Source of the DNA: a virus
Direction: 5' to 3' (one strand)
DNA length: 64,000 nt
Virus record (IMG/VR): IMGVR_UViG_3300029959_000014
Location: 1 to 64,000 of that record
The notes beneath the pieces were generated by a model, which was not told where the DNA came from, made no database searches, and saw nothing but the letters and a program-made list of their open reading frames with translations. Shown in pieces: positions 20,128 through 30,703 of this stretch; position 1 is the first letter of the stretch; each line of letters opens with the position of its first letter. Position numbers and translations under genes: made by a program.

Positions 20128-20376
20128 CTATACCTTTGTAGTTACAACAGTTATATCAATTGATAACCATTTATATATTCTAAAACTTTTCCTTTTTATC
20201 ACTTCATCTACAATTTCATCATTGAAGTCTACTCCAATATATTTATAAGACTCTCCATCATGTCTATCAGAAACATCCAAGATTTCTACAATTACTAAAG
20301 TAACATAATGATCCCATGATATTCTTTTATAATTGACATGATCACCTAAATTAAACGCCGACATATTGGTTACCAA
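20128..20376 (-). CDS. hypothetical small protein
   Basis: It is a co-oriented ORF. Confidence 0.3.
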   Translation of the reverse strand: MVTNMSAFNLGDHVNYKRISWDHYVTLVIVEILDVSDRHDGESYKYIGVDFNDEIVDEVIKRKSFRIYKWLSIDITVVTTKV

Positions 20377-20548
20377 CTATCATAATCGGATATTTCCAAA
20401 GATTCTCCACAACCTAGACACTTCACATATACATTAGTGCCGATGCCACCTGGATGGAATATCACTTCAATTTGTCCACAATGATTAGACTTGAATTCTT
20501 CATATCGCTGCTCTTCAACATCATTAAGTTTGAATGCCCACGCCATAA

Positions 20549-21175
20549 TTAACTTCCTCTATTAAACTTTGTAACTTCATTGCCATATTGATCCCAACCA
20601 TCTACTACTTCTCTAGCAAATATTTCAATACGAGATACATCACCATATAACAATTCTAATCTTCTTCTAACTTCATCTGGTTTGCGTGAATGCTCTCTAA
20701 CCTTTGCTTCTACAACGCTATGAACTGATGCTGATACACGCTTAACTCCTTTACCTTTTATACCTAATATCACATATTCTGGATTTGATCGTGTTGATAC
20801 AGCACCCATACCCCAAAATAATTTATCATTTTTAGTCTTCTTAATCCATACGAAAGCAACCACTTTAAATTTAAATCCCCAATAATTCATTAATTCAATA
20901 CTATCTTGCATCATTGGACCAGTTGTCCACATATACATTACAGAATTTAGATTTGATATCTCATCGATATATAATTTCATATCTTTTAATTCTGGTAATG
21001 TCATACATGGATATTTAAATTCAGCACCACGATTACCAGCAGTTGCCTTATCATTATACGACCACGGTGGATCGATATATATTAAATCATACATCAATGT
21101 CAACTCCCTTATAAGTTTTAAAATATTCTTTATCTGATATGTAACATTTCCAATTAGTTTCTTTAAGCATTTCAA
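20549..21175 (-). CDS. MT-A70 family N6-adenine methyltransferase
   Basis: It has the IYIDPPW catalytic motif in a family-typical context. Confidence 0.7.
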   Translation of the reverse strand: MKCLKKLIGNVTYQIKNILKLIRELTLMYDLIYIDPPWSYNDKATAGNRGAEFKYPCMTLPELKDMKLYIDEISNLNSVMYMWTTGPMMQDSIELMNYWGFKFKVVAFVWIKKTKNDKLFWGMGAVSTRSNPEYVILGIKGKGVKRVSASVHSVVEAKVREHSRKPDEVRRRLELLYGDVSRIEIFAREVVDGWDQYGNEVTKFNRGS

Positions 21176-22126
21176 TAAACATTTCAGTATATTTTATTTT
21201 AGTTTCTTTATTTTTCATTCTCGAATGACATGAATGACACATAGTTATAAATAATTTAGAACTATTATCACACAATGATTTTGGATTCTCCATTACATGA
21301 TGGACTGTCATTTTTTCTTTATTCTCATCTTCAGTTTTACCACATAATACACATTTCTTCCCCAAAATATTCTCACACGTTCTTTAAAACTATCGCGTTC
21401 AAATCTATGACAATACCCAGTATTTCTTAATGTTACACCATCATTCCAATGTGGATGTTTTGAATCTCGCAATGAAACATTTCTTAATATAGTATTTTTT
21501 CTAACAATACAACCACAAGATTCTTGTTTTCCATTAATTAAACTAGTTGTTTTTATCCATTTTTCATTACCACAATCACATTTACATTTCCAGTAACAAT
21601 TATTATTATTTCTAATTTCATATTCACTAGATGTTGTAAGTTTTCCAAATCTTTTATTTGATATATCAATTATCCTAGATGGTTTTTTGATACAACCACA
21701 TGAAACATACTTATTTTTTAATTTTTTACATGACAATAATACCATATTACCACAATTACATTGACACATCCATTTTACTTTAAAATTAGTAGTTTCATCA
21801 CAAATTGAATATAGACATTTAACATTACCTATTAATTTTCCAGTATAATCTAGTGACATTTTTAAATAATTTTGATTCATTTTGGTTGTAACTTGTTTAC
21901 AATTTATACTCTCCATTCTAATATTATTATTTAAATGATATGTATTTCTATAAACTTCAGTTTCACAAACAACACATTTACATAACCACCTTATTTTTAA
22001 TCTATCATTATCTCCATAATATTCCCATGAAATAATATCATAGTCATTAACAGTTTTCCCAGTATAATCAATTTTAGGACCATAGTGATAGTTTTTGTCA
22101 CTTGACATAACATTAGCAACGTTCAT
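21087..22126 (-). pseudogene. frameshift-disrupted HNH endonuclease (two overlapping ORFs, 21308-22126 and 21087-21365)
   Basis: The upstream ORF has triplicated W.C.C.CG zinc modules and ends ...RVRIFWGRN in the wrong frame. The downstream ORF resumes CVLCGKTEDENKEKMTVHHV...CHSCH, which is the HNH core of the paralogs at 779 and 23820. Confidence 0.5.
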
Positions 22127-22148
22127 TACTAGTGTAGTATGTGAGTAA

Positions 22149-22158
22149 TATTATAAAA
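22149..22158 (-). promoter_or_regulatory. TTTTATAATA box 22 nt upstream of the ATG
   Basis: It shares the motif with the other promoter boxes. Confidence 0.55.
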
Positions 22159-22164
22159 TACATG

Positions 22165-22635
22165 TTACACCTTGTTTGCATCAAACACCAGTGATTGACT
22201 TCTATCTTGAAATGTCACCACCTTGTGACCAATGTAATGATCGCCAACTTTTGTAGCATCCACTTCCATTTGTATTGGATAAATTTGTCCACCATACTTG
22301 AAGTTCACAATACTAGTTGCTTGTAATCGATCACCCACTATATTGCCGGTGAGATTTCCATGCAACTTAATCGTCCATCCATCATCAATGACTTGATAAG
22401 TAACATTACCTGTAATAACATCACCTGTATCATCAAAAATTATTATGGAAGTAACATCCACACCACCCACATTGGTGTTGTAGGTTTCTAGATATTCAGC
22501 ACTGACTTGACACATTACTACCATTAATATAATTACTAGTTTTATATATAACATGATATAGAAATGTGGCACATTCGTTATATATAAAATGATTTTGTGT
22601 AGTGCATGGATAGAGTTTCGCGTGAAAAATTCCAC
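22165..22635 (-). CDS. secreted/membrane-anchored beta-rich protein
   Basis: It has an N-terminal hydrophobic leader and then a G/T/V-rich repeat-like body. Confidence 0.45.
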   Translation of the reverse strand: MEFFTRNSIHALHKIILYITNVPHFYIMLYIKLVIILMVVMCQVSAEYLETYNTNVGGVDVTSIIIFDDTGDVITGNVTYQVIDDGWTIKLHGNLTGNIVGDRLQATSIVNFKYGGQIYPIQMEVDATKVGDHYIGHKVVTFQDRSQSLVFDANKV

Positions 22636-22673
22636 TTATGCACTACGGTAAAAATAGTTAAGTAAAGTAAACT

Positions 22674-22970
22674 TTATGCGGTGGATTCTTCGACTTTAGA
22701 CGCCGAATACTCTTCATTCATTGGGCCTTCAATACTTACAAGCCAATCAATAGTTGCCTGTGAATCTTCCTGTGATACATGCTTCATCATTTCAATTGCA
22801 TCATAAAGTTGAAGGCGAGCCTTATCAATTGCAGACTTTTTATCTTCTTCTGATAGAGTAGTATCATTGTTAATTATATCAAGATCGATCATTGATGCAA
22901 AAAGATAGTTGTTCCACGTTATGAGCGTTGCAGCGACTTCCTTGCTTAATTCAACGTTGAAGGTCATCAC
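22674..22970 (-). CDS. small acidic protein
   Basis: It is a co-oriented ORF. Confidence 0.35.
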   Translation of the reverse strand: MMTFNVELSKEVAATLITWNNYLFASMIDLDIINNDTTLSEEDKKSAIDKARLQLYDAIEMMKHVSQEDSQATIDWLVSIEGPMNEEYSASKVEESTA

Positions 22971-23071
22971 TATAAGGTGTGGTGTTAGGATATATAAGCG
23001 TTATTATCTGCAATGGTATTATAATCAATGTTTAAATGTAAGGTTAAAAAGAAATGTTTTTAAATGTATGA

Positions 23072-23809
23072 CTAGAAAAACCCATCTGGAAATAACTCTA
23101 CATTTCTATCATACATTCCACAATCATCTAAACTACACAATTGACAGTAAGGATATTTGCCTTCGCTACAAGTTCTTTCAAAGTTTCCAGTTCGTTTCGA
23201 TTCCCGTAAATTCTTCAAAACCTTTACTATGGTAGATTCTTTAGAAGGTGCCATATATTCAACTTGACACAGTCTTGGATTAATAACACGCCCAAGTGTA
23301 ATATTCCATTCATCATATGGTGGTGTATGATTTAATAGATATTTATAGAAACCAAATTCCTTTTGAAGTGATGGTTTATAAATCGATTTACTAGTCTTAT
23401 ACTCCACGATAATATACTCATCATTTACTTTGTCCACTCGATCGATGATACCACGCAACCCCAATTCCTCATTAACCACCATAGTTTCGCGCATAATAGG
23501 CATCCACAAATCATAATTATTATTGAACTTCTTGAGTCTACTCCATTCGTAGTCCATGAAACATCTGATCATCTTTTGTTCATATGGACTAAAGCCAGGA
23601 TGTATCAAACCATACCAATCTTCAGGAGCCACTTCTTTTGCCACTTCAAAAAACTTATCGTAGAACTCATGTATCCTAGATCCTATAGCCAGCGTCGGAT
23701 TAGTTTCACTCTTAATACCGTCAACATATCTGAACTTGTATTGCATTGGACAATACGAATACGTGCTAACTTGGCTCTTGGAAATCAATTGTTTTGTTAA
23801 TTCATCCAT
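23072..23809 (-). CDS. Cas4/RecB-family PD-(D/E)XK nuclease with a 4-Cys cluster
   Basis: It has an N-terminal YSYCPMQY, GIIDRVD...IIVEYKTSK (D...ExK), a QKEFGFYKY (Q..Y) motif and C-terminal CSEGKYPYCQLCSLDDC. Confidence 0.75.
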   Translation of the reverse strand: MDELTKQLISKSQVSTYSYCPMQYKFRYVDGIKSETNPTLAIGSRIHEFYDKFFEVAKEVAPEDWYGLIHPGFSPYEQKMIRCFMDYEWSRLKKFNNNYDLWMPIMRETMVVNEELGLRGIIDRVDKVNDEYIIVEYKTSKSIYKPSLQKEFGFYKYLLNHTPPYDEWNITLGRVINPRLCQVEYMAPSKESTIVKVLKNLRESKRTGNFERTCSEGKYPYCQLCSLDDCGMYDRNVELFPDGFF

Positions 23810-23819
23810 AATTTAACCT

Positions 23820-24710
23820 TTAAATAAAACATACCCCACCCATATAATTCTCAATCAATTCAATGAAATATGGTGTCCAATAATCCCATTCATTTTTATC
23901 ATGGTGCAATTTTGCATGACATGGCCTACATACACAAACATATTTCGTTTCTTCAAAAGGTAGTGTTCTTTCTTCTGGATAGATATGATGAATTATTGCA
24001 TCTTCATCGTTTTCTCCATGAACTTTACCACACATTATACAAGTATTTTTAAAGAAGTTTCTAACTCTTGCTTGATTATGTTTTTGTATAAATGTATGAT
24101 GATAACCATGATAATTTATAACATTTTTAAATACTGGATGATTTTCACCTTTACAATGTTCTCCAAACCATGTACCTTGACATTTAGTGCTGCAAAATGA
24201 CTTTTTATATATGTCAATAGAATGTTGAGTTCGAATTAATTCAACTCCACATTGAGCACAAACTGTTTTCACTCTTGGTATGTAAGTTGATCGCTCTTCA
24301 CCTTTTTTACCATGTTTCTTATACCAAGCACCAAAACACTTTTTAGAACAAAACTTTCCTCTACCCTCATTGATTACTCTAGAACGAGAAGATTCAAACT
24401 TAACACCACATTCTAGGCAAGTCATTTCAATATTTCCACCTTTCCATTGCGGACTTCCTGGACCTTTCATACGTTTAGACTGGGCAGTAAATTGACATTC
24501 TTTTGAACAAGTCTTATTATGCCCATTTCTAATTCGATAATATGTAGTTTTAATTTCTTTTCCACACTCCATACAAATTACTGTAAGTCTTCCATCATGA
24601 AACTCACCACGATCCAACATCGTTTTACATTCTTCAGAACAGGCATCTAACTTTTCATCACTTTCAAAATTAGATCCACAAATAATACATCTATTAAGCA
24701 TAGAAATCAA
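23820..24710 (-). CDS. HNH endonuclease with multiple zinc-ribbon modules
   Basis: It has repeated C..C...C..C units, then RNFFKNTCIMCGK...HHIYP...CRPCH, which is paralogous to 779-1393. Confidence 0.75.
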   Translation of the reverse strand: MISMLNRCIICGSNFESDEKLDACSEECKTMLDRGEFHDGRLTVICMECGKEIKTTYYRIRNGHNKTCSKECQFTAQSKRMKGPGSPQWKGGNIEMTCLECGVKFESSRSRVINEGRGKFCSKKCFGAWYKKHGKKGEERSTYIPRVKTVCAQCGVELIRTQHSIDIYKKSFCSTKCQGTWFGEHCKGENHPVFKNVINYHGYHHTFIQKHNQARVRNFFKNTCIMCGKVHGENDEDAIIHHIYPEERTLPFEETKYVCVCRPCHAKLHHDKNEWDYWTPYFIELIENYMGGVCFI

Positions 24711-24742
24711 AAAGAAAAATGAAGATTACAAAACTGTAACCT

Positions 24743-25594
24743 TTATTCGAACTTTACACCGGATTTATCAGTAAGATACTGACGAAGTTCATCAAAGTTA
24801 ATATTGCTCTTTTCTTCGTATGTATCACCAAATCTACCACCATGAATAATAAACACGTGGTTATTTACAACTCTACGAAGTTCCACATTGAGATCGAGCC
24901 AATGGAAAGTGTTCTTCTGCCAATCTGGATCAAAGATACCAAGACGCTCACCTTTGGAACCAAATTTCTCCTTGGCCTTAAACGTCAAAATGACATTCCA
25001 ATTTGAAGCCTGTAGAAGCCTCATAAACTGTGTCCAACGTTTATTTGCGCGTCCCCACTCCGTTGACATCATATCACCAGTAGATTTCACAGTTTTAAGA
25101 TCAGTCTGTTCTTGGAGCCAAGCCTTCAAGAAATCCCAAAGGTCACTACAAGAATCCACAATAATAGTACCAACCTGTTCAGATTCACTAACTGCATCAA
25201 TCAACTGACCAATGACATCAAATGCAACTTCCATTGAAGATACAACATCCAAATGGTTACCTTTCTTCTCTGCGTATTCAACAAGATCCACAATGAAAAT
25301 CTCTCGTTGAACATCTTCCGGTAACTGTTTAACCAGAATGTTTGCAGATTTTTCAGTGTCAAGGAAATAGATAGGTCTCTTCGCTGTGAGGCAGAAATGC
25401 GTTTTGCCGCATTTTGCGGGCGCAAATATGCCCATGCGTAGACATTTGACCGCCGGTATATCAATAGCAGGTTTAAACATCGCGAGGAGGTTTTCAGATG
25501 GTTTCTTCATAGATTCCTTTGTATTCTTCTTTGGAGTTTCTACAACCGTAGATTCCACTTTAGGTTCAATAACTTCTGTTGTATCCCAAGACAT
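24743..25594 (-). CDS. Sak4/AAA_24-like RecA-fold ATPase
   Basis: Walker A is GIFAPAKCGKT, followed by YFLDTE and Walker B IIVDSCSDLW. Confidence 0.5.
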   Translation of the reverse strand: MSWDTTEVIEPKVESTVVETPKKNTKESMKKPSENLLAMFKPAIDIPAVKCLRMGIFAPAKCGKTHFCLTAKRPIYFLDTEKSANILVKQLPEDVQREIFIVDLVEYAEKKGNHLDVVSSMEVAFDVIGQLIDAVSESEQVGTIIVDSCSDLWDFLKAWLQEQTDLKTVKSTGDMMSTEWGRANKRWTQFMRLLQASNWNVILTFKAKEKFGSKGERLGIFDPDWQKNTFHWLDLNVELRRVVNNHVFIIHGGRFGDTYEEKSNINFDELRQYLTDKSGVKFE

Positions 25595-25697
25595 ATTTTA
25601 AAACCTCTTTGGATGGTTTAGTTTTAACATTGCACTACAATATTAACTTTTAACATTTATAAAAGTATGCATTAAAAAAGTTACGATAAAAATTGAA

Positions 25698-25886
25698 TTA
25701 TTTAGAATTAGATAAGTTACGAAATCTTAACATCTCTGCAAGAACATTCCTCATCTGATCCATTATAAATGCAACCCTATCATACACATAAGGATCATTC
25801 TCTTGTTTATCAACCATCGAATTAAGTTTCTCCTTATAGAAACCAAATGATTCATATAAAATATTTAGATATTCATCATTATCCAT
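25698..25886 (-). CDS. small hypothetical protein
   Basis: It is a co-oriented ORF. Confidence 0.3.
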   Translation of the reverse strand: MDNDEYLNILYESFGFYKEKLNSMVDKQENDPYVYDRVAFIMDQMRNVLAEMLRFRNLSNSK

Positions 25887-25895
25887 AATACACCA

Positions 25896-26108
25896 TTAAT
25901 TTGTAGTTTCGGCATTGACCTTACCAGTAGATTTCAATTTTATATTACCAGTCGGACTACCAATATCTGATAAATTTTGAAACCTTCCACAATCATGATT
26001 CTCTGGGAAGTCATCGATATCCACCCACACAGGTTCAAACTTACACTTAAATCGCTTACTTCCCTTCTTTCCATTTACATTAAATTTACATTCTAAACAA
26101 CATACCAT
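25896..26108 (-). CDS. small Cys-rich protein
   Basis: It carries CCLECKF...CKF...C motifs and is preceded by TTTTTAACGCGGAG. Confidence 0.35.
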   Translation of the reverse strand: MVCCLECKFNVNGKKGSKRFKCKFEPVWVDIDDFPENHDCGRFQNLSDIGSPTGNIKLKSTGKVNAETTN

Positions 26109-26211
26109 GATAATTTCTCCGCGTTAAAAATTAATTTGTATTATTTACCATTTCCAAACAATTATTGAAATAATAGCATCAATCAAATCCAATAACCATT
26201 TAAGCATTATT

Positions 26212-26394
26212 CTATACTCGCTCGCTCATTAAATCAGCAGTAACATACAGTGTATTCTCAATATACTTCAATACACTTAATGCCGCTTCAATGCTTTCAA
26301 CACTCGATTCTTCTTCAATGACAATGTTGCCAAGTTCACTTTTTAGTTCACTGTATCGACCAATCGCATCCTTTAATTGTATACTCATAAACAT
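26212..26394 (-). CDS. small hypothetical protein
   Basis: It is a co-oriented ORF. Confidence 0.3.
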   Translation of the reverse strand: MFMSIQLKDAIGRYSELKSELGNIVIEEESSVESIEAALSVLKYIENTLYVTADLMSERV

Positions 26395-26421
26395 TCACCA
26401 ACTATAAAATTGTGTGGGACT

Positions 26422-27678
26422 TTAGATTAGTCCTGCTTCCTTGAGACGCTTTTTGGCTTCAGCACCAGTTACATCCTTGCTAGCGATTACTCCCCAAAGT
26501 TCATAGTAAGGCATCTTGATGGTTGGTTTCTCTTTGTCTGGAGCAAATGACATCTTACGACCAAACACAATAACCTCATCATGAACACCCATCTCATCAG
26601 CGACATCTGCAATCACCGGGGCATATCGAGATTTCATACTGATACCAGTTGTGACATCAGCATCTCCAACCTTGATCTGAATAACCTGATTACGTTCTTT
26701 CTCACTACCAGTAAGTTTCTTATACTGAAGAGTTCCTTTTGCACTGAAAGTCTTGTAAGCATCCAAATCTTCGAATTCACAAAGATCACGCCAAATCATA
26801 TCAAGATCTTTCTCACCACTTCCCTGCTTGGACATAATGGTCAATGCAACGTCATATGACTGATCAAATACACCAAAGTCCTCATATGCATCCTTACTAA
26901 TTGAGAGACCCTTGCCTGCAAGTCTTCCATACACTCTTGATTTGCGACCAATTGCTGGAAGATTCTTCACACCATTGCCATGTCGATCCTCACAACGCAT
27001 GGTTCCCATCTTGAACTCATTGACAGCCTTGCCAACATTTTCAGCACCAGGAGTCTGATCAAATTTATCATACACTTTGCTGACGATCATTGGCACCTTG
27101 AAAGACCATGCCTCGGGAATGTCCTTACCAAAGTTTGGATTCTCTTTCTCTTCAACTACCTGACCATCATCACCCTTAATCTTAATAGTGCGTTCAGAGT
27201 CAAGTGCAATAGCATAATCCTTGCCTTCCTTGGATTTCGCAAGTCTCACGATCTTATTGGTAAGCATTGCATTTGCTACTTCAAGATCAGGTGCATGGTC
27301 GACAGGTTCGCCCCAAGTTCCATCTTCATTCTTTTCGGCCCACTTTCCACCATTAAGTGCCCGGTAATATTTCATAGTGATCTGGCGTTTCTTGTAATCA
27401 TTACCATCTTCTGGCTTTCCAGCACCAAGAATGATAACATCAAATGTCTTGAGTCCACCTTTTGCTGCCTGATCCTTCGCATACTCTAGACCCGAGAGTG
27501 AAAACATGTCACCAAGACTGCCTACAACAAGTTTCTCAACTTCTGCATCGATCTTATCAGCAGAATACAGGTCGCCAATCTTCAACTTAATTGCGTTCGT
27601 CTTATCATTAATCTTCTTACTTACTTCTGCTTCAGTCAGTTTATACTTTTCAGCCAGTGCCTTTACATCAATAGTCAT
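26422..27678 (-). CDS. abundant-type K/G/D/A-rich protein (418 aa), function unknown
   Basis: Its composition and GC content are distinct from neighbours. It has a ~70-nt leader with AAGGA 9 nt before the ATG. Confidence 0.5.
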   Translation of the reverse strand: MTIDVKALAEKYKLTEAEVSKKINDKTNAIKLKIGDLYSADKIDAEVEKLVVGSLGDMFSLSGLEYAKDQAAKGGLKTFDVIILGAGKPEDGNDYKKRQITMKYYRALNGGKWAEKNEDGTWGEPVDHAPDLEVANAMLTNKIVRLAKSKEGKDYAIALDSERTIKIKGDDGQVVEEKENPNFGKDIPEAWSFKVPMIVSKVYDKFDQTPGAENVGKAVNEFKMGTMRCEDRHGNGVKNLPAIGRKSRVYGRLAGKGLSISKDAYEDFGVFDQSYDVALTIMSKQGSGEKDLDMIWRDLCEFEDLDAYKTFSAKGTLQYKKLTGSEKERNQVIQIKVGDADVTTGISMKSRYAPVIADVADEMGVHDEVIVFGRKMSFAPDKEKPTIKMPYYELWGVIASKDVTGAEAKKRLKEAGLI

Positions 27679-27887
27679 TTCAATTATTCCTTAACAACTG
27701 AAGTGTGTTAGTTGTCTATACACATATTACACTTGACATTATATAAAACCATGAGAAATTTAAAAGAAGTATTTAAGGGTTTGCCTTTTATACAATCACT
27801 TTTATAAAAACTAGTTAATCGGCGTTAATAATTCACTTATTGCCGAATTTACGCCATACCATACATATATTATAAATCCAAAACACC

Positions 27888-28316
27888 TTATACCCCTTTA
27901 CTAAATTCACAACATTTTCCAAGTTGCATGACCATGAAACCATGATACTGACAATATGCCATGTCATAATACCGATGTTCACTATACATCACAGTATCCA
28001 ATGGTAAGGCATATCCACATTCCATACAACAAGATACTGATGATGTAGATTTAGATTTCTCTCTAGCGTATTTACTATTAAATTGCTCTAATGAAGATTT
28101 ACCCATTACAGGCTTATCATCCTTACACTTGCACCCGTCACCACACTTCTTACTAGTAAATACACTACCAACTTTATCATCAATACCCTTTACTTTAATC
28201 TGTTTACCATTTACCCATACAGTAAAAGTTTCAGGATCCCATCCACGTTTAGCCAGCATCTCATTAATGTAATCATAAACACTACAAATTACATCTAAAT
28301 TATCATCATGCTTCAT
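27888..28316 (-). CDS. Cys-rich protein
   Basis: It has CGDGCKCKDD and CCMEC clusters. Confidence 0.4.
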   Translation of the reverse strand: MKHDDNLDVICSVYDYINEMLAKRGWDPETFTVWVNGKQIKVKGIDDKVGSVFTSKKCGDGCKCKDDKPVMGKSSLEQFNSKYAREKSKSTSSVSCCMECGYALPLDTVMYSEHRYYDMAYCQYHGFMVMQLGKCCEFSKGV

Positions 28317-28319
28317 ATT

Positions 28320-28520
28320 TCACCTCATGTAAACAAACTGTAAAACTTCATCAGGATTCAAGAACATAACTTCCTGTAAATAATCACCTTTATAACAACT
28401 AATCACATAGAATCTAGTAACTTCATCAGTATCAATCAAAATTCTAGTATAATTCTCTAAATCAAACGGATCTCTTTCATAGTCTTTATAAATAATTAGA
28501 ACATGTTCCAAATAATTCAC
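28320..28520 (-). CDS. small hypothetical protein
   Basis: It is a co-oriented ORF. Confidence 0.3.
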   Translation of the reverse strand: MNYLEHVLIIYKDYERDPFDLENYTRILIDTDEVTRFYVISCYKGDYLQEVMFLNPDEVLQFVYMR

Positions 28521-28607
28521 CTTATATTTTATAATTAAACTTTTATTTTATATAACAATATTGTTACTAATTTAATAGTGTGAAGATCCATAAATCTTAA
28601 CACCAAT

Positions 28608-29123
28608 CTATTCCGTAGGCATTTTACCATAATGTTCGATTACAATGCCACCATAAGTTAAACTACCAATCAATCGCATGTTGTCCTTAGTCTTCTTAAA
28701 ATAATACGATTTATTATAGCGTTTAACCCGAAAGCAAACCTTTTCCTTGCGAACAAGTATATCGAACAAATAGTGCCGCGCCAAATGTCTAGTAATATTA
28801 TAACGATCAGTAAAGTCAGTGGTAAAGTACACTTCATTATTCTTCCAATCATTCTCAAAAAACTCCATGAATAACCTATATAGACTTGAATCGTAATGTT
28901 GACAGGTATTCAGGCACTCAATCATCGGATCATCTAAAAACTTCCTACGCTTCTTACATCGATTATGTTCCACATCAACATACTTACAAATATTACAATG
29001 AAAACTAGGTGATAGTGTTTTTCGTGTTAATTGATCCTCATTATATTGTTCTATATTCTCAATAACTAAACCACTAGCATTACCAAGATCACTAACTTTA
29101 TTATGATTATTAATATTATCCAT
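28608..29123 (-). CDS. Cys-rich protein
   Basis: It has a CNICK...CKK...C..C cluster. Confidence 0.4.
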   Translation of the reverse strand: MDNINNHNKVSDLGNASGLVIENIEQYNEDQLTRKTLSPSFHCNICKYVDVEHNRCKKRRKFLDDPMIECLNTCQHYDSSLYRLFMEFFENDWKNNEVYFTTDFTDRYNITRHLARHYLFDILVRKEKVCFRVKRYNKSYYFKKTKDNMRLIGSLTYGGIVIEHYGKMPTE

Positions 29124-29200
29124 TACTATTTATATAAGTTAATTTTATAATATATAAAACTAACTGTTTAACACGATCAATATCTTTATATAGTGTTAGT

Positions 29201-29288
29201 GACCAATATGTATGTGCCCAAAGTAACACAACGATAGAGAGAACCAAATGCACGTTGTTTGGTTTTCTTTGTTGTTTTGTTATGGTGG
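29201..29288 (+). repeat. dispersed repeat family, copy B
   Basis: It reads GACCAATATGTATGTGCCCAAAGTAAC, then an ACAACG...CGTTGT hairpin, then TTTGTTGTTTTGTTATGGTGG. Confidence 0.6.
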
Positions 29289-29328
29289 TCTTATTCTGTA
29301 ACCACTTGCATTTACGCCGAGAAAATAG

Positions 29329-29658
29329 TTATGGTAGTTCAAACACTTCATACAATGGATGTGATGAATTTGAAACCAGTGATTTATCATATTCTCGTTT
29401 AAGCATCATACCGCTGTTAATTGTTGTATAGACTTTTAATCCTGCAATTTTGATTCTATAAACTTGTTTGTCTTTAACCAATTCTTTCAAAACATGTAAT
29501 ATACAATGTCTCTTATGTTGTGGGAATGTTTCTTTCAAGGCATCTAAAGAATATAGATGGTCATTATGAGTCATCAAAAATATCATTACATCACTTTCGA
29601 TCGACATATAAAAGAATAGTTGAATTTGATTTATTCTTTCTTGATGTTTGCGCAACAC
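29329..29658 (-). CDS. hypothetical protein
   Basis: It is a co-oriented ORF. Confidence 0.35.
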   Translation of the reverse strand: MLRKHQERINQIQLFFYMSIESDVMIFLMTHNDHLYSLDALKETFPQHKRHCILHVLKELVKDKQVYRIKIAGLKVYTTINSGMMLKREYDKSLVSNSSHPLYEVFELP

Positions 29659-29870
29659 TCAATGTTATACAGAATCAATGGAGAATTGTCAACTGGATGG
29701 TTATACCTACTTGATGATATGTCAACTCGTGAAAGTTCATGAACATATTCTTTTCTAGTATCAAGCATAATTTGAGTAATTTTGCCGGTAGAAACTCTAC
29801 TACAATCTCCAGTTTTTGGATAATGTGTTACATCAATTATATAACGTTCATGGATTTCTTGATTTTCCAT
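29631..29870 (-). CDS. hypothetical small protein
   Basis: It is a co-oriented ORF. Confidence 0.3.
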   Translation of the reverse strand: MENQEIHERYIIDVTHYPKTGDCSRVSTGKITQIMLDTRKEYVHELSRVDISSSRYNHPVDNSPLILYNIECCANIKKE

Positions 29871-29897
29871 AAAATTATATTAATTTAAAAGTATATA

Positions 29898-30212
29898 TTA
29901 TTGTTGCTTTTTAATCCTGCCCTTCACGTAAATTTGATCACTGATGGTTACTATCGTGGATTTTGGGTTGGTTTGTGATTTGGTTTTGAAAGCCCTGGAT
30001 ATTACGGTGTGAAAATAATTACGGGTGATAAGTTCTTCGATGCCGGGGAATTCGACAAGAAACGCGGCATATAAACTGTCTTCAGGAGCAACATCTAAAA
30101 AGTTTTGTTCACCATACGTTCGCACGAAATCACGGATCTTTTCAGATTTGTGAGAAGGATCCATCCTAATTTCGCTTTTGAATTGTGCGTGAACATCATA
30201 TATATATTCCAT
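29898..30212 (-). CDS. hypothetical protein
   Basis: It starts CATACTAGT and has the GC element 70 nt upstream. Confidence 0.4.
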   Translation of the reverse strand: MEYIYDVHAQFKSEIRMDPSHKSEKIRDFVRTYGEQNFLDVAPEDSLYAAFLVEFPGIEELITRNYFHTVISRAFKTKSQTNPKSTIVTISDQIYVKGRIKKQQ

Positions 30213-30266
30213 ACTAGTATATAAGTATTAATATAGAAGTATTTAAATGTTCCCACTAAATTTATA

Positions 30267-30278
30267 TATTAGTATGTC
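30267..30278 (-). promoter_or_regulatory. upstream GC element TTTTCGCGCCGA (gene orientation)
   Basis: It belongs to the same element family. Confidence 0.4.
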
Positions 30279-30473
30279 GGCGCGAAAATCATTAGTTGGT
30301 TGAATATTGAGCAAATCGATTAATACTATTGTATTCCTGTTCAACCACACCAAAAGGTTACGATTACCATTATATAAATCTAGTGCACATGTTAGTTCGA
30401 AGTGCGAACAATTCCAGTTATGAACTAATAAGCAATATTAAATGGTTGCAATCGAAGAATAGGACGAAACACT

Positions 30474-30555
30474 CGCCATAACAAAACAACAAAAAAGAAG
30501 AAAGAACGAGCCTTTCAACTTTGTATTGTTTCGCTACTTGGGCACATACATATAA
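30474..30555 (-). repeat. dispersed repeat family, copy C (inverted orientation)
   Basis: Its reverse complement reads TATATGTATGTGCCCAAGTAGC...TTTTTTGTTGTTTTGTTATGGCGAG. Confidence 0.55.
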
Positions 30556-30703
30556 GATGTTGACATTATAAAAGCATTATGTTGGTGTGAAAATAAAAAA
30601 TTGATTTGTAGGAGGATCATTGTGAGGATATTTCTAGAGAGGACATTTAACTAGTAACAAACTGATCGTCTACATTACCCATATATAAAACTATATGGTG
30701 ATA

